Shown here: positions 38,560-50,900 of the stretch, piece by piece | Position numbering within the stretch: the first letter of the stretch is position 1 | Layout of the letters: each line of letters begins with the position of its first letter | Assembly (NCBI GenBank): GCA_973895155.1 | Contig: OZ316897.1 | Span: 8,050,470-8,114,469 of the forward strand | DNA length: 64,000 nt | Direction of reading: 5' to 3' | From: Marsupella aquatica | Taxonomy: Eukaryota; Plantae; Marchantiophyta | Notes under the pieces: generated by a model | What the model saw: only the letters and a program-made list of their open reading frames with translations | Told to the model about the DNA's origin: nothing | Database searches by the model: none | Program-made: the position numbers and the translations under genes

Positions 38560-41500
38560 ATGGCGGACCCAGATGATGGCGAGTATGAACTCAAAGACGA
38601 GGAGCTGGTCGACTTTGAGGGATCCGATTACGGATTTGGGTCGGACGAAGAGCTTGAATTGGACGACGAGGAGGATGCGGCCCTCCCTATTGAGACCGAG
38701 GAAGTGGTCCCGGCCCTGAATGAGCTTTCTGTATTGGAGAAGGTGGTGGGGGAGACGGAAGTGAAGAAAGGAGGAGGGGGAGGAGAGCCAGAGCCTGCCC
38801 CCGAAGTAGCAGTTGCACGCGCCACTGTCCAATCAGAGAAGCGAGAGGGAGCGGAGAGTGGAGAGATCGAAGATGATAGGGAAGAGAAAGATGATGGAGT
38901 AGTAGCGCAGCCTTTGCCGAGCTTGAGCTCCGTCCCTTCCAGAGGGGCCTATCATCATGAGGGAGGGAGGGTAAGAGAGTCTAGAAGAAGGCACCGTAAA
39001 GCTGATTTGGAGGATGGCGAGCTTGACGACGCTGCCATGGTGATCCCAATTCTCTTTTTTCTTCCCTCCTTTCGTTTGCTCCTGTTGTACCTCCTTGTCA
39101 TCCTCTTAGTGCCCACCTGTTTCTCAGAGTCCAAGCACTGCTGCTTATCGTTCTCCACTATCTTCGATCTCAACGTGACGAGCTGTAGCAGTGTTTTGTG
39201 TCTTGCCTTAACAATCGTCGTGCCTAGTGGAAAAAATCAAAAAACTTTGCGATTGCCCCAATCATTAGACCAGCACCCCCGATTTGACTATTGGCCCCAC
39301 ACACTTCATTGTTTTTTCTCGGTGGAAACCTTTGACATAGCATCATTGGAGAGTGCTAGACTCGTCGCCTCTCACAGTGGCTTTTAGTGCCAAGGAATGT
39401 TTTCTTAGTGCAATCCGTAAGACCTTTCCTTGCGTTCTCTTTGAAATTCATCAGGACTGGCTATGTGCAGTAAGTTTCCCAATGCAGTGCCTCCTTGAGT
39501 GTTCTACACGTCATTTTCATGTTCAGTTGCCCGTCAATATGGCAACATAGACGCCCATGATCCGCAGTTTTAGAAGGTTGACTACAGCTTGAATGTGCAC
39601 ATCCATGGGAATTCGCTGCCACCGACAGAGGTAGCAGTGTAGTATTTTCTGTACCTCTTTGGTCTTCACCACATGGATCCTAGGTGCGTTCTAGTTTCCA
39701 TGAGACGTTCGAGTTTCATATGCCGCCCAAGTCGGACACGCTGTTCCATTGTTCCGTCTGACCTCATTTCCTAACGTTCTATTCGCCACCAGAGAAATGA
39801 GGATTCTAGTATCTGGGTCTTGAGAGCTTGTCCTTTCTCAAGCGGTTTTCATCCGTAACCAGTTCGAACAAAGAGGCTGGGAGTGTTGTTGAAGAGTAGT
39901 ATTCCTGCTGTAGTGGCTGAGCAGCTCAACGGAACATCGCGGCATCAGTACGTATCAGGCGCGGAGATAAACACTGGAGTTACAGGGTGTCGTGGACTTC
40001 AATATGTGCTTTGGTGGACAATAGCCGGTTGACTGTCGATTCAGTTGGAACATACCTGTCATCGTGGTCTTTCTTAGATAAGTTCAGGAGTCACAAGAGA
40101 ACTCTTCTATAGCTTTGACGATCATGCGCTTCCTGTCTAGAAAAAGTGGGATGTCTGGGATTTTCTCCTTTCCAAGTTTCCACCCACACTACTCATGGGT
40201 GAGTAATGGAGTCCTCTCAGGATCATAACTGAACATAAGATTATTTTCAGTTGCTTTTTGGAGTTTCTCATGCAAGCCCTTTTTCAGAGAGAATATCACT
40301 TAGCCTCTCTATCTCTCTGCATGCGAGTTGACTGGATCATCACATCCATTTGAGAGAAATGAGGGTTTTTTTTGGACGTTGCTTCGAAACTGTGTGTGCT
40401 GAGAGACTAGGTAGTGAGGCCATCATTTGTATTTATAAGAAGGGTTGGAGGCGCGGGGGGTTCGTTTGAGCGTGTGAGATTCCTATCTGTCTCTTAGAGG
40501 ACCTGGGTATAGTGGCGTAGGGGAGAGGTTTGAGATTTGGTGTTTGCAGGATCTGCAGCACAATGCAAGAAGAAGGCTAGAAATTAGCTGATTTCAGAGT
40601 TGTGGCACTCATACGTGGACTTTGGTAATGCGGGACACAGCCCGAGGGTTCTGATCATGAAGCAGAGGGAAATGCGGATGATGACGACGAAGATGACAAG
40701 GATCGACGGGGACGGAAAAGGAGGAAGGATCGCTTCGCTGCTGAGAGACATTCAGAGGATCCGGAGAGGAAGGATAGGGAATTAGGTCCTGTCATGTCAG
40801 GTCCTGGACGACAACACAGAAGTCGGGGAAGGTATTTGTTCTATTCATTGAGTCGGACTTGCAAGATATGTCTCATGAGAATTAATGAGTGGATGGATGG
40901 GCTCTGTTGGGCCATGCAATTCGAGAATCTTCTCTTTTGCCCAGGTTAACAAAGCCGTAATTTAGTAGATTTAGCACATAGCAGACTGGAGCTTATAACT
41001 TGACGAGGGTCTTGTCAAAAGTAGGACTTTCTTGCAATTCACAGCGAAGCTTTTCGAGAAATATTTCCTTGCAGTAGATCTTCCTCTGCAGTTGACGTCG
41101 GGCATCAGATTGTGATTCGGTTACTTTTCTTAGGTTTCTCGCTTATTTTTTGTTCCCAGCTTAAAGCTGACGCAACCTTTGTGGATCTTCACTAGTGACA
41201 GGCACATGGATCGATCTGGAAGTTTATCCAAAGCTGGTAATGCAGGTACACCTCATTTGATCCATCATCTTGAGCAAGTTGATCCAGTTTGGAGGAAAAG
41301 GGAACTTGAACATTTGATTTAAATAGAATCTGAACTCTGCATTCATCCTTACCAACGGTAGTCTAGGATTGATGAACCCTCGCAGTTTCCTGGTAACTGT
41401 GATGATAAAGAAGGCCAGTGGAACTCCATAACTAGGGTCAAATTTTATTTCATTCTGATAGAATCTGTGTTTCATCACAGTGAGCTAGCCTAACTAGGTT

Positions 41501-44053
41501 CTGAAATTGATTGCAGTTGGTCGAGGAACGATGCAAATGGGTAGTTTTGCCCACAACCCAAACATGGCACCAGGTATCATGGGACCTGGAGGGCCCCTGG
41601 TTCCACTAGATATGGGGCCAGGGATGCTGCATCCCATGGGTCGGGGGTTCATGGGACCGCTTGGAGGGATGCCTTTACCTGGCGGAGTCACCGTAGGTTT
41701 CCCAACCGGTGCTTTAATCGCTCCTATTATTTGCAGATGTTTCGGTGCCCTACTATAGTATGTTCTTGAAAATCTGGTCTGAGATGTCCTAGGGTATGTT
41801 TGGCTGTCTACCCTGCTTTGGAATAGACCTCTCGTCCCTCAGAAGTACATGAATGAGTTTTTGAGCTAGATCTGAACGTTCCTGAAACCGGAGATGTTGT
41901 ACTGACGCAAGTCCTTTGTTGTCGCAGATGAGTCAGTTTCAAGAGGCAATGGCAGTTCACGAGCATATGGTGCGGTCTCACCATATGATGCAACAGTTTG
42001 CCCAAGCTGCAGCCGGTCCTGGGCGGCCTATGAATGGGCCAATGGGCGGTCCTGCAGTACGACCAATGATGGGACTTGAATTTGGTGGACCATTGCCTCG
42101 TGCCATGCTGCATATGCAGCCACGCGGCCCGGATATGGCAGCACAGATGTTCACTGGCCCCATGGATGCCTACCCAAGAAGTCCAAGGACGAGTTATGGT
42201 TCAGGCAGAGGGGGAGCTGCAAATGGAGGAGTGTTTGGTCAAGGACAAGGTCGTATGGGATCGTCTCCTAGAAGTGGTATGGGAAGGCAAGGTTCATGGT
42301 CAGCTGCCTCAGCGCAGGCTTCAGATTTACATCCTGTAGGAAGAGGGCGGGTCCAGATAAGGGGCCAGGTTATACCTCCTGCTTGGGCCGATCCACAAGG
42401 AACTGCTGTGACACAAGTTTCAGCGGGGCAAAGTGGAGTTGCTCAAGGTCTAGCACAGAATGTAAACACGGGGCATGCCCTGGGACCAGGTATGCCTGGA
42501 TCCAGATCTGCAAAAGCACACCGAGGTCCTCGTGCTTCCACAGCTGAAGGATTTTCTAATATTAAGAGGACAGAGCCGGAAGGGATATGGAAGGTCGATG
42601 GAGATCGAAGCACTAGTAATGGTGTACAGAATGCCCGAACTGGTTCTAACAACAGGTCATCAAGTAGCAGTGCTACTGCCTCCAAGCGGGATAGGGACAA
42701 TGGACGGGAAAAGCATTCGGGTTCAAATAGTAGCAACCCCCACTCAGCTAATGTACTTGCTCAAGGAAATGGAGCTACCACCGCAAGCAATCTGATCCAA
42801 CTCGGTGGACCTGTCCAGAAGAGCAGGTTAGCTTGTGATGCTTTGCTTCTCAAAACGTCGCTCCTACCCGCTAGTGTTCCTGGTATCCCAAACTTTTGAG
42901 TCCAGTGCGACAGTCATGATGTATGCAGTTTATATCGTTGAAATTCACTCAAAATAGGAAGTGGATTTCTTTACAATAAGATATCTGACAATTACTTGCT
43001 TTTAACGTTGTGCATCATGATAACGTTCACTACCTGTCATGGTAGGTTTCTGACCGTCAGTGGACTACCTGTCAACACATCAATGTCTACTGTGGTGGGA
43101 GCTTTTGAGAAGCAAGGAAAGGTTATGGTATGTGGTCCTGGCATGCAGCTCTTTCAAATTGATATTGGTCGAGTGTTCTTGGTCAGGCTAGTGTCCAGCA
43201 CCGGTCTGCATCACCTATTAAGTTCTCTATGAGTTGGAATGAGTTATTTTTCATAAGGGCAGATATTGGTACTTTGACGTTTTGAAAGTTGACAGATTTG
43301 GATATGTTTGAGACATTGAGAGATTTGAATACGTGTAAGTAGGACTCATTATGAGGACTGTGGCCGTCCTCATGGAGCCTTACGTAGGAGAGGCATGTAG
43401 AGTTGAAGTTTGAATGTCTTGTTCTGATTATGAATAAATGAATATGACGACTTGCCAAAATAGGCATTTCATGGTCTCCTCAGTCGTGAAATTGCTGACA
43501 GTAGTTGTTCTTTCTGGGAAATTGTCGTCTGGTGCAGGATTTTAGGAAAGAAGACAAAGGGAACGCCTTCACCATCACATTTGCAAGTGTCCCGGAAGCT
43601 ATTTCGGCAAAACGGCATATGCATAGGTATCTACTGGCTTTCGCCTTCTCCAAAATGAGTTTGCCTGCGTAGAACCAGGGAAAACCATGCGAGCATCGAA
43701 CAAATTATCTGAGGCTCTCGGGACCAACACAATGGTTTCTTTCGCTTGTTCTCCTTCGGATTGGAAAGCTTTATTAGCTCCCGAAATTAGCATCCTTTGG
43801 GACCTATTTGTGTTTAGATGTCCTTCATGGACCACAAAGTGTTGCTTAGGGAATCTGTGAACGGTTACAATGTGCAATTGCCAGCGATCTCATCTTTTGC
43901 CAGTTTTTTATAATTCAGTCACCAGAGCTGCCACTTGTTTCTAAAGGTTTCACAGGTCCTCACCCTAGCGATTGTGGCTTTTGTTGTTGCAGGTCAATAG
44001 TTGCCGGTCATCAGATCACAGTCGAATATTCTGTCCAGAGGACTGAAGCATAA
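38560..44053 (+). CDS. Low-complexity protein of about 673 aa (acidic N-terminus, Gly/Pro/Met/Arg-rich middle) with a single C-terminal RRM
   Basis: Eight phase-consistent GT-AG exons: 38560-39039, 40641-40831, 41202-41245, 41517-41692, 41928-42826, 43046-43127, 43538-43626, 43993-44053 (2022 nt, open). The C-terminus RFLTVSGLP..VVGAFEKQGKV..AFTITFASVPEAISAKRHMHRSIVAGHQITVEY fits the RRM fold. Confidence 0.85.
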
Positions 44054-45720
44054 AGACAGAACTTTTGTGGGGTTGCTAGCATTTCGTAAACTTAGTAAAT
44101 GCTACGAAATTTCTTACAATTCCAACAGCGTATTACAGCCTGTCACCTTCCTTCCTTTCGATTAATGTACCGGGGAAGGTCAGATGTTTCACAATTTATA
44201 CAATTTTGTCTCAATACAAACAATCCATGTTCCCAATACGGGCCATGGATATTGTTTTCCGTTATCCAACGAGTCCTATGAAGGGTTGCTTTGCGTGACC
44301 CTGGGTGCAGGTGCAAGGACCGAGCTCTGTTCCCCGATAATCAATTTATTGTCCCTTTGGGGTCAGATTTGGGGTTTTAATGTGACGTCTCTTACTACCA
44401 CTACCACTCCTTCCAAACGTGTCTAGAGTTTTTCCCTCATTTAGGAAGGTTTTTGAGTGAACGATCACAACCCACCCCAGACTTGATACTTCCGGTATGA
44501 GCAGCAGCATAGGATTTGCTTCACGTCATCCTCAGAAAAAAATACTTTCTGAAGAGTCAAAATGCAGGACGCTGGAGTGTGAAATATTTCTTTTCTAGGA
44601 GCAGCATTTTGCATTCTCCATGGCGAGGTTTCCATTCGTCTTCTGCAAGCACAGGCAGCATATGTAGTTCGATTCTACGTCTCTCGCTCTCTGCCGATTT
44701 TTGTTCTATAATGAAAGGCATGGCATACCTCGTTCGAGAACACATGGAAACATGCTGCCGAAGATTATGCAGCACAGGGCTGAACGCAACACATCAACCT
44801 CGTTCAAAGAAATTTCCACCCAAGAAAAAGTCGCACCTAATCACTCAAAGATCAATAGTGCACCAAATCCTACAAAGATTGTGGAGCAGCCTGACGCCAC
44901 ACCATCAGTTTTGCTGGGCTTCAAAGCATGGAAGGATTTGTCCTGTCACTCAATTCCTAATTCTTATGTACCTCTGATTTTCACTGTTACGATGGAAAAG
45001 ATGGGAAAGACTGCTCACAACGGTGATCCCGTGACCGCAAGTTACGGTATGGTGGAAGTTGGCACAGGGCCCCTTTAACAGCACTAAATGCACGTCCCCA
45101 CAAAAGTAGCAACCCATAAAAGAGTGCTCGGTTGTTTTATGTTGTGAAGCTTTCCTCTCTTCTTCTTGTCGGGCAATTCATTCTTTCAGTTCGCTCTGAA
45201 ACTTTTCGCTCGATTACATGATGAGTGAGACACAATAGTTGGAAGCAGTTCACGAGTCCGCTTTTTCTGATCTCGTCTCTTCTTGCTTGGGCTTGCTGGG
45301 CGTCGCTTCTCTTCTGGTCGCGGAGCGAGCGAACTGTACGAAGAAGCCGCGGGGGGTGAGGCAGAACGGAAGTAAATCATGAGACGTCTTGTACTCGGAG
45401 TATGTTGAGTAGCTGTCTCGGATAGGAGGAGGACAGATTGACAGATCGATGTCCGATTTCCGTGACCAGCAAGCCAAGCCAGGCATGAAACGAGCGAGGG
45501 AGCGAGGGAGCGAGGAAGAAGAGACTCAGGAAGGCACGAGGCAAGAGGCAAGATGGAGTAGGGAAGACACGGGAGCTTCGATGACGTGAGCGCAGACCGC
45601 GAACCGGGTGTAGGGAAATTGGATGGTAGCATCCTTGGCATACATGCAATAACAGTCTTGGTGCACCCAGGTCGTCTCTGGTCTTTTCTCCTCTGGTCTC
45701 CTCTCACTCCAACCACTCCG

Positions 45721-45748
45721 CATCGGATCGGATCGGATCGGATCGATC
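45721..45748. repeat. (GGATC)n microsatellite upstream of the MAPKK
   Basis: catcggatcggatcggatcggatcgatc. Confidence 0.8.
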
Positions 45749-46327
45749 AATGGACTGGACGAGCGAATGCTTCGTATGGAGAACTGATGGCAGCTGCGTC
45801 CGAAGCACATCCGAGGAGTAGGAAATCGAGTTCCCTACGGCTCGTTACGTGCTAGCTTGAGGGCCTGGGCATAATTGAAGTTCCATTTTGTCAACAGCGT
45901 CTTCAATAAGTAGCACTACCATTTCATCGTCGCATGATCGCTAGTAGTTTGGTTACTTGGCAGGTCGCTAAACTCGTTCGCCTTGATCCGTCGTTACTGT
46001 AGATTCCGACATGAGATATTCTCGGTTTGTCGTGTACACAAAGGGAAGTAGACAGAGAGGCATGCAGCAGAAGGCAAAAGGCACTTATGAAGGCAAACGG
46101 AATGATAGACGGCTCGCTTGCTCGCTGGGTGATTCTCCTACATTCGTGTGGGAAGGGAGAGTGTGAACTGCAGGATCGGCATTCTTTCGACATTCGGGAT
46201 AATAATTAAATAAGCAAGAGGGACGCCACAGCGGAAGCAGACGCAAATCGGCGAAGCTTAATTCGAATAGCTGATTTTAGGTGAGGCAGTGAAGGAGGTG
46301 GAGGTGGAGAGCGGCTAGATTGAAAGC

Positions 46328-47404
46328 ATGGCGGCCGCAAATGGGAGGCGACCTGCTCTGAAATTGCCAATTCCAGCCAGGGATTCTAGTAGCTTCAACA
46401 GAATGATGAGTCCTGCAGCGATGCCCCTCCCTCTGCCCCCTTCCGCGGCTTCCTCTCCTGCCGGCTCTTACCCTCCACAGTATGCGTTCACTCCCAGCCC
46501 GGGCGGGCAGTTCAGGCTGCCTTTCCCACCGTCGCAGGAGAGGGATGTGCAGCTGGAGGATCTGGAGAGATGTGGGCTGTTAGGGTGCGGAAGCGAGGGG
46601 AAAGTCTACAAGGTGCGGCACAAGAAAACCGGCAAAATGTATGCGCTGAAGATCATCCAGGAGAAGCACGAACCGGCCTTGATGAGGCAAATCATTAGGG
46701 AAATGGAGATTCTCAAGGGGGCGAATTCGAAGTACATCGTGCAGTGCTTCGGTGTTTATGAGAAGGGTGGTGAAATTTCGTTCGTGCTTGAGTATATGGA
46801 CGCTGGAACTCTAGCAGATGTGCTCCAAAAGCAGAAGAAAATATCCGAAAAGTACCTCGCTGAGATGACCAAACAAGTGCTGACTGGATTAGTATATCTC
46901 CACAAGAGGAAGATTGTGCACCGGGACATAAAGCCGTCGAATCTGCTTCTCAACCATAAACGGGAAGTAAAGATTGCGGATTTCGGAGTGAGCACAGTGC
47001 TGGCTCACACCATGGCTCAGTGCAATTCTTTTGTAGGCACTTGTGCTTACATGAGTCCCGAAAGATTCAATCCAGATGGGAATGGGGGCAACTACGATGG
47101 GTATTCGGCTGATATTTGGAGCTTGGGGCTCACTCTTTTAGAATGCGCAATTGGGCGATTTCCGTGCCTGCAGCCTGGGGAGAATCCGGATTGGCCCACT
47201 CTCATGTGCGCAATTTGCTTGGGAGATCCTCCGTCTCCACCACCCGATGCCTCACCTGAATTCAAAGATTTCATCCGGCGGTGCTTGCAAAAGGATCCCT
47301 TGCTAAGACCTCTAGCTGCAAAGCTTCTAACTCATCCGTTTCTTCTCAAGTACGAAGGATACCCTGCTGATCTTACTGCCATACTACATTCCCTTCAATT
47401 ATGA
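46328..47404 (+). CDS. Mitogen-activated protein kinase kinase, intronless, plant group C/D type (MKK4/5 or MKK7/9-like)
   Basis: Docking site RRPALKLPI, GCGSEGKV, YALK, HRDIKPSNLL, DFGVS, activation loop T-x5-S (TMAQCNS), VGTCAYMSPERF, DIWSLG. Single 358-aa ORF. Confidence 0.96.
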   Translation: MAAANGRRPALKLPIPARDSSSFNRMMSPAAMPLPLPPSAASSPAGSYPPQYAFTPSPGGQFRLPFPPSQERDVQLEDLERCGLLGCGSEGKVYKVRHKKTGKMYALKIIQEKHEPALMRQIIREMEILKGANSKYIVQCFGVYEKGGEISFVLEYMDAGTLADVLQKQKKISEKYLAEMTKQVLTGLVYLHKRKIVHRDIKPSNLLLNHKREVKIADFGVSTVLAHTMAQCNSFVGTCAYMSPERFNPDGNGGNYDGYSADIWSLGLTLLECAIGRFPCLQPGENPDWPTLMCAICLGDPPSPPPDASPEFKDFIRRCLQKDPLLRPLAAKLLTHPFLLKYEGYPADLTAILHSLQL

Positions 47405-48565
47405 ATGGCTCTTAGTCCGTTGATGCAGCTGGAACTCGGTTCAGGTCATGGTATGCTCACACTCCGTAGATCCAGTTCCTCTCTCCCTAAATGGGATGAT
47501 TTAGGGCCTTCCAAGCGGGTCACATTGACAGGAAGAGAAAGTTTTTTGCCTTTCAAAGGGCACACCTAGCAGCGATGGCCTTGCAATGCTTTTGCCCTCA
47601 CATGACGTTTTTCGTCGCCGGGATACACAGGGCCAAGCATTGCAACGTCTATCTGCGATTCGCATCATGATTGCAAGTGAGGTCAAACAAGGATTGTTTG
47701 CTGTCTTCTTATGGGCTTGCTTGTATTCTCCACGATTCTTTTTGTATTAGAGGAATTCTCAGTAATTCTTGCAGCTGTTACCGAAAAGAGGTGCGGATGA
47801 TGGAGTTTGTAGAGGGAATATTGAGGAGGGTTTGGTAGTTGATGTTCCCTATAACATCTGGGACCAGTGTCTCTGTGAATAAACTGTCCTTGTAAAATAG
47901 TTCCCTCCGATGATTGTGCATTTCCTTTTGCAGAAAGGATTCGTTGGTGACGATGGAGCCTGAAATTGATGGGTCGTTCGTGTGGAAGATAGGTGGACAT
48001 TTTTACTGTAGCTAGAGCAATCTCCACCCTTACTTGAAGTGTCGGCAGTTGATGATTCCAGATGGTTGTTACAGTTTTAGAAGTAAGGAAAATATCCTGC
48101 GGACGTAATCGTAGCAATAACTTTTGGGTTGAAGTTGGAGCTGATACTTAACCCTTTCATTTTAGTCGTTTCTCACGACATGCGATAAGGGACCTCGATC
48201 GGCCCTTACGAAGGAAGAGCTGTGTTAATGCACGTACATAAAGCTTCATGGTTCAGCAACTTACTCACTGTCTTGCTATCATCAAATACTAAGTCGGTGC
48301 TACATTGCTCTGAGGGCTATGGGTCTCAATCCTTCTGAGCTCCCACTCGTGGGTTTGTCAGGTTTGTCCAGCAATGTGACAACCACCCGTTGAGAGCTCT
48401 TCAGGCAATTTGTGCATATCTGGTACATCTGGATGACGGCATCACTTTTCAGAGAGTGGTCTTTGTAATTTGATGAGACGTTTTTTCTTCAGCCGGGATA
48501 CGCGTGCCGTTTTTGTTGAGATAACACTGTGAGGAATGTGAGTTCATGTGGTCCCAATCAAACTT

Positions 48566-48702
48566 ATCTGCTTCCTGAATTTTATACTCAAGAAAACTAA
48601 GACGTGCTATCTGCTTCCTGAATTTTAAACTCAAGAAATCTACGACGTCCTATCTGCTTCCTGAATTTTAAACTCAAGAAATCTAAGACGTCCTATCTGC
48701 TT
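48566..48702. repeat. Tandem repeat, about 43-bp unit, about 3.2 copies
   Basis: tatctgcttcctgaatttta.actcaagaaa.cta.gacgt.c occurs three times. Confidence 0.92.
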
Positions 48703-49169
48703 ATCAGTGTACATTCATATCATGTTATTGTGACTTTGAGTTGCTCTTTTTCAGTTATAACTTGGTGCAGAGCTAGTTCCCATCTCTAACCCCACAACAC
48801 CCCCTGTTTTGGTTGTCTGTCAAACCCAGCCGATGATCATGCTTTGCATTGTGGTCGATCCCCATATGTTGCGAACATTGTCAGGTGTGAGAGTTTGCTC
48901 GTTCATGCATTCTCTTGAAGTAGCTCCTAGCGGCCTCTTGGTGCGTAGGTGAAGCTGGTTCCCTAATGTACAGCAGAGCAGCAAATGCTTACCTGTTAGT
49001 CGCAATGATGTGCGAGGCAAACTTGCCAGAGTATGAAGGATTACTCTAGGTTGATGAACTGTACACTTATTAGGTTGTCTTATCGGGGCTGATTTACAAT
49101 AAATTTGACACCTGAAGTCTTACTGCGTTCTGTCATGCCACAAATGTGGGGTCTGCCAGAGTGATCAAA

Positions 49170-50900
49170 GTTACCTATGTGTATGCCTGATATGTTCCCG
49201 GGCAAAGAACGACAGATCGTGAATTACGACGGTGTACATCGGGAACCGCTTGCTTCTTATGGTAAAGGCAATGTGCCATTCATTTTAGTGCGACTGTCGA
49301 TTTACACGGATGGTGGCTTCCTTTGGTTTGACAGACAACCAAAACAGGGGGTGTTGTTATGACATCGTGACTCTCAAAAGAAACTCTCCTCGAGGTGGAA
49401 ACTTACCTCGAAATGGATCAGATGGTTGATTATGCTTCAAAGGACCAGCACCAAAAGGCTTCGTCTGACCTATATTTCATGGTCCTTAGAATAATAAATT
49501 CAATTGTTGGTCCCATTAAGTCTTGATCAGTTCAGGCAGGGAATTTACACCTGAATGGCATTGTAAATTCCGATCTATTTCGTATGCTCATACTACCTCT
49601 CGTTCACAATATGAACCTATCCTCCGCATTAACGAGAAAAAAGAAGCAAGGGTGTATGTGAAATTGCAAATGCCACTCACCTGCATTCAATTAGAAGCTT
49701 AAAATCATTTCTTTGCCTCTGATTAACAAAGTTCGTGAAGATAAAACCCAGCTGGATGCTACCTTTCAAATGTGGCAGAGTTTTCTGTCGAATTTGACTC
49801 TTATGGACAGATTGAGCTTAAAACCTCACCGTTTCCTCAACTTTCCTCTTCAATCCATCCATGTGATCATCGTTGATTATTTCCAGAAGGTAAACTGATT
49901 ACATTCCTTCAAAGCGACTTTCGTGCAAATTGCTCGATAGTGCCATATATGGTTCTCTGTTGGCACCAATAATTGCTCTACTGGTTGCCCAGGTGGATTT
50001 GAATCAGTTAGTTCTGAAATCTACGCAGTCTAAAGCTAGTTCAGCTGACACAAATTCTACTTTATGCACTAAAACGTACTCGACTAATGGAAAGCATGAA
50101 CGCGTGCAAAAATTTGTATACAATGGTTTAAGTTGTTGACTTCGGATGAATACCTCTCCATGGCGTTGTTGACCCAACTTATTGTAAGGCTTCTGCTTAT
50201 CCAGCTATAGAGTCGAAAATATGACAGCCAATCTGGAGCCACAAGTACAGTTTGCACATTCATTAGCAAGTATGCGGAGATATTTCGTCATGAATGATGC
50301 TGGACGGTGTGTCAAACATAGCCTGACGTTGCATGTCCCTCTTTTCTCTCTTGTGCAATGTCCCTGTCTTTGGCCGATGTGACTTTGACATTCTTTCCAA
50401 TTTGATTGAAATCACGACCTTTATGGATAGTTTATGGCAAAAGATTACACAACACTTTGATGCTTTTCAGCTGTTTGCCGAATCTTTGGGTTCCGAATTT
50501 GGGAAATATTAATCCCGAGACAGAAACTATAGTAAAAGAACTTGAGGAGCTGATTCAGTTATTACCATTTACTTCTGTAGATCTGTTTATAGAGAGATGT
50601 TTGGAGCGTTGCAGAACAGATTACAAACTACAATCTCAGCAAAGAGGAGTCCAAAATCCAGACTGTAATTTCCGCAAATTGTGCAAATGATGGCTCCAGC
50701 ATGGGACACTGGCGAATGTCGTGTCAAATTCTTGAGGTCGAATCGAGGTGAAGATGGCAGGAACACAAAAATCAAACAAATATTAAAGTCTGCAGGACCC
50801 AGGCAAGGCTTCTATCCTCAAGGCAGGCTAGTTGAAAGCTTTACACAGTTTTCCTCTATACCCATAATGGTAACCAGCCAATAAGTCTGGTCGACACCAT
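49170..50900 (+). pseudogene. Possible highly decayed coding relic, perhaps a CMC/CACTA-like transposase
   Basis: Run of co-oriented protein-like fragments broken by stops and frameshifts: PFILVRLSIYTDGG, LDQFRQGIYT, GCM*NCKC, EITTFMDSLWQKITQHF../..ETIVKELEELIQLLPF. Family assignment is weak. Confidence 0.25.

Noticed and set aside
44516-45855. Several 70-176 aa ORFs between the RRM and MAPKK genes
   Set aside because: No motifs, mutually overlapping, and containing simple repeats. Probably UTR or promoter sequence.
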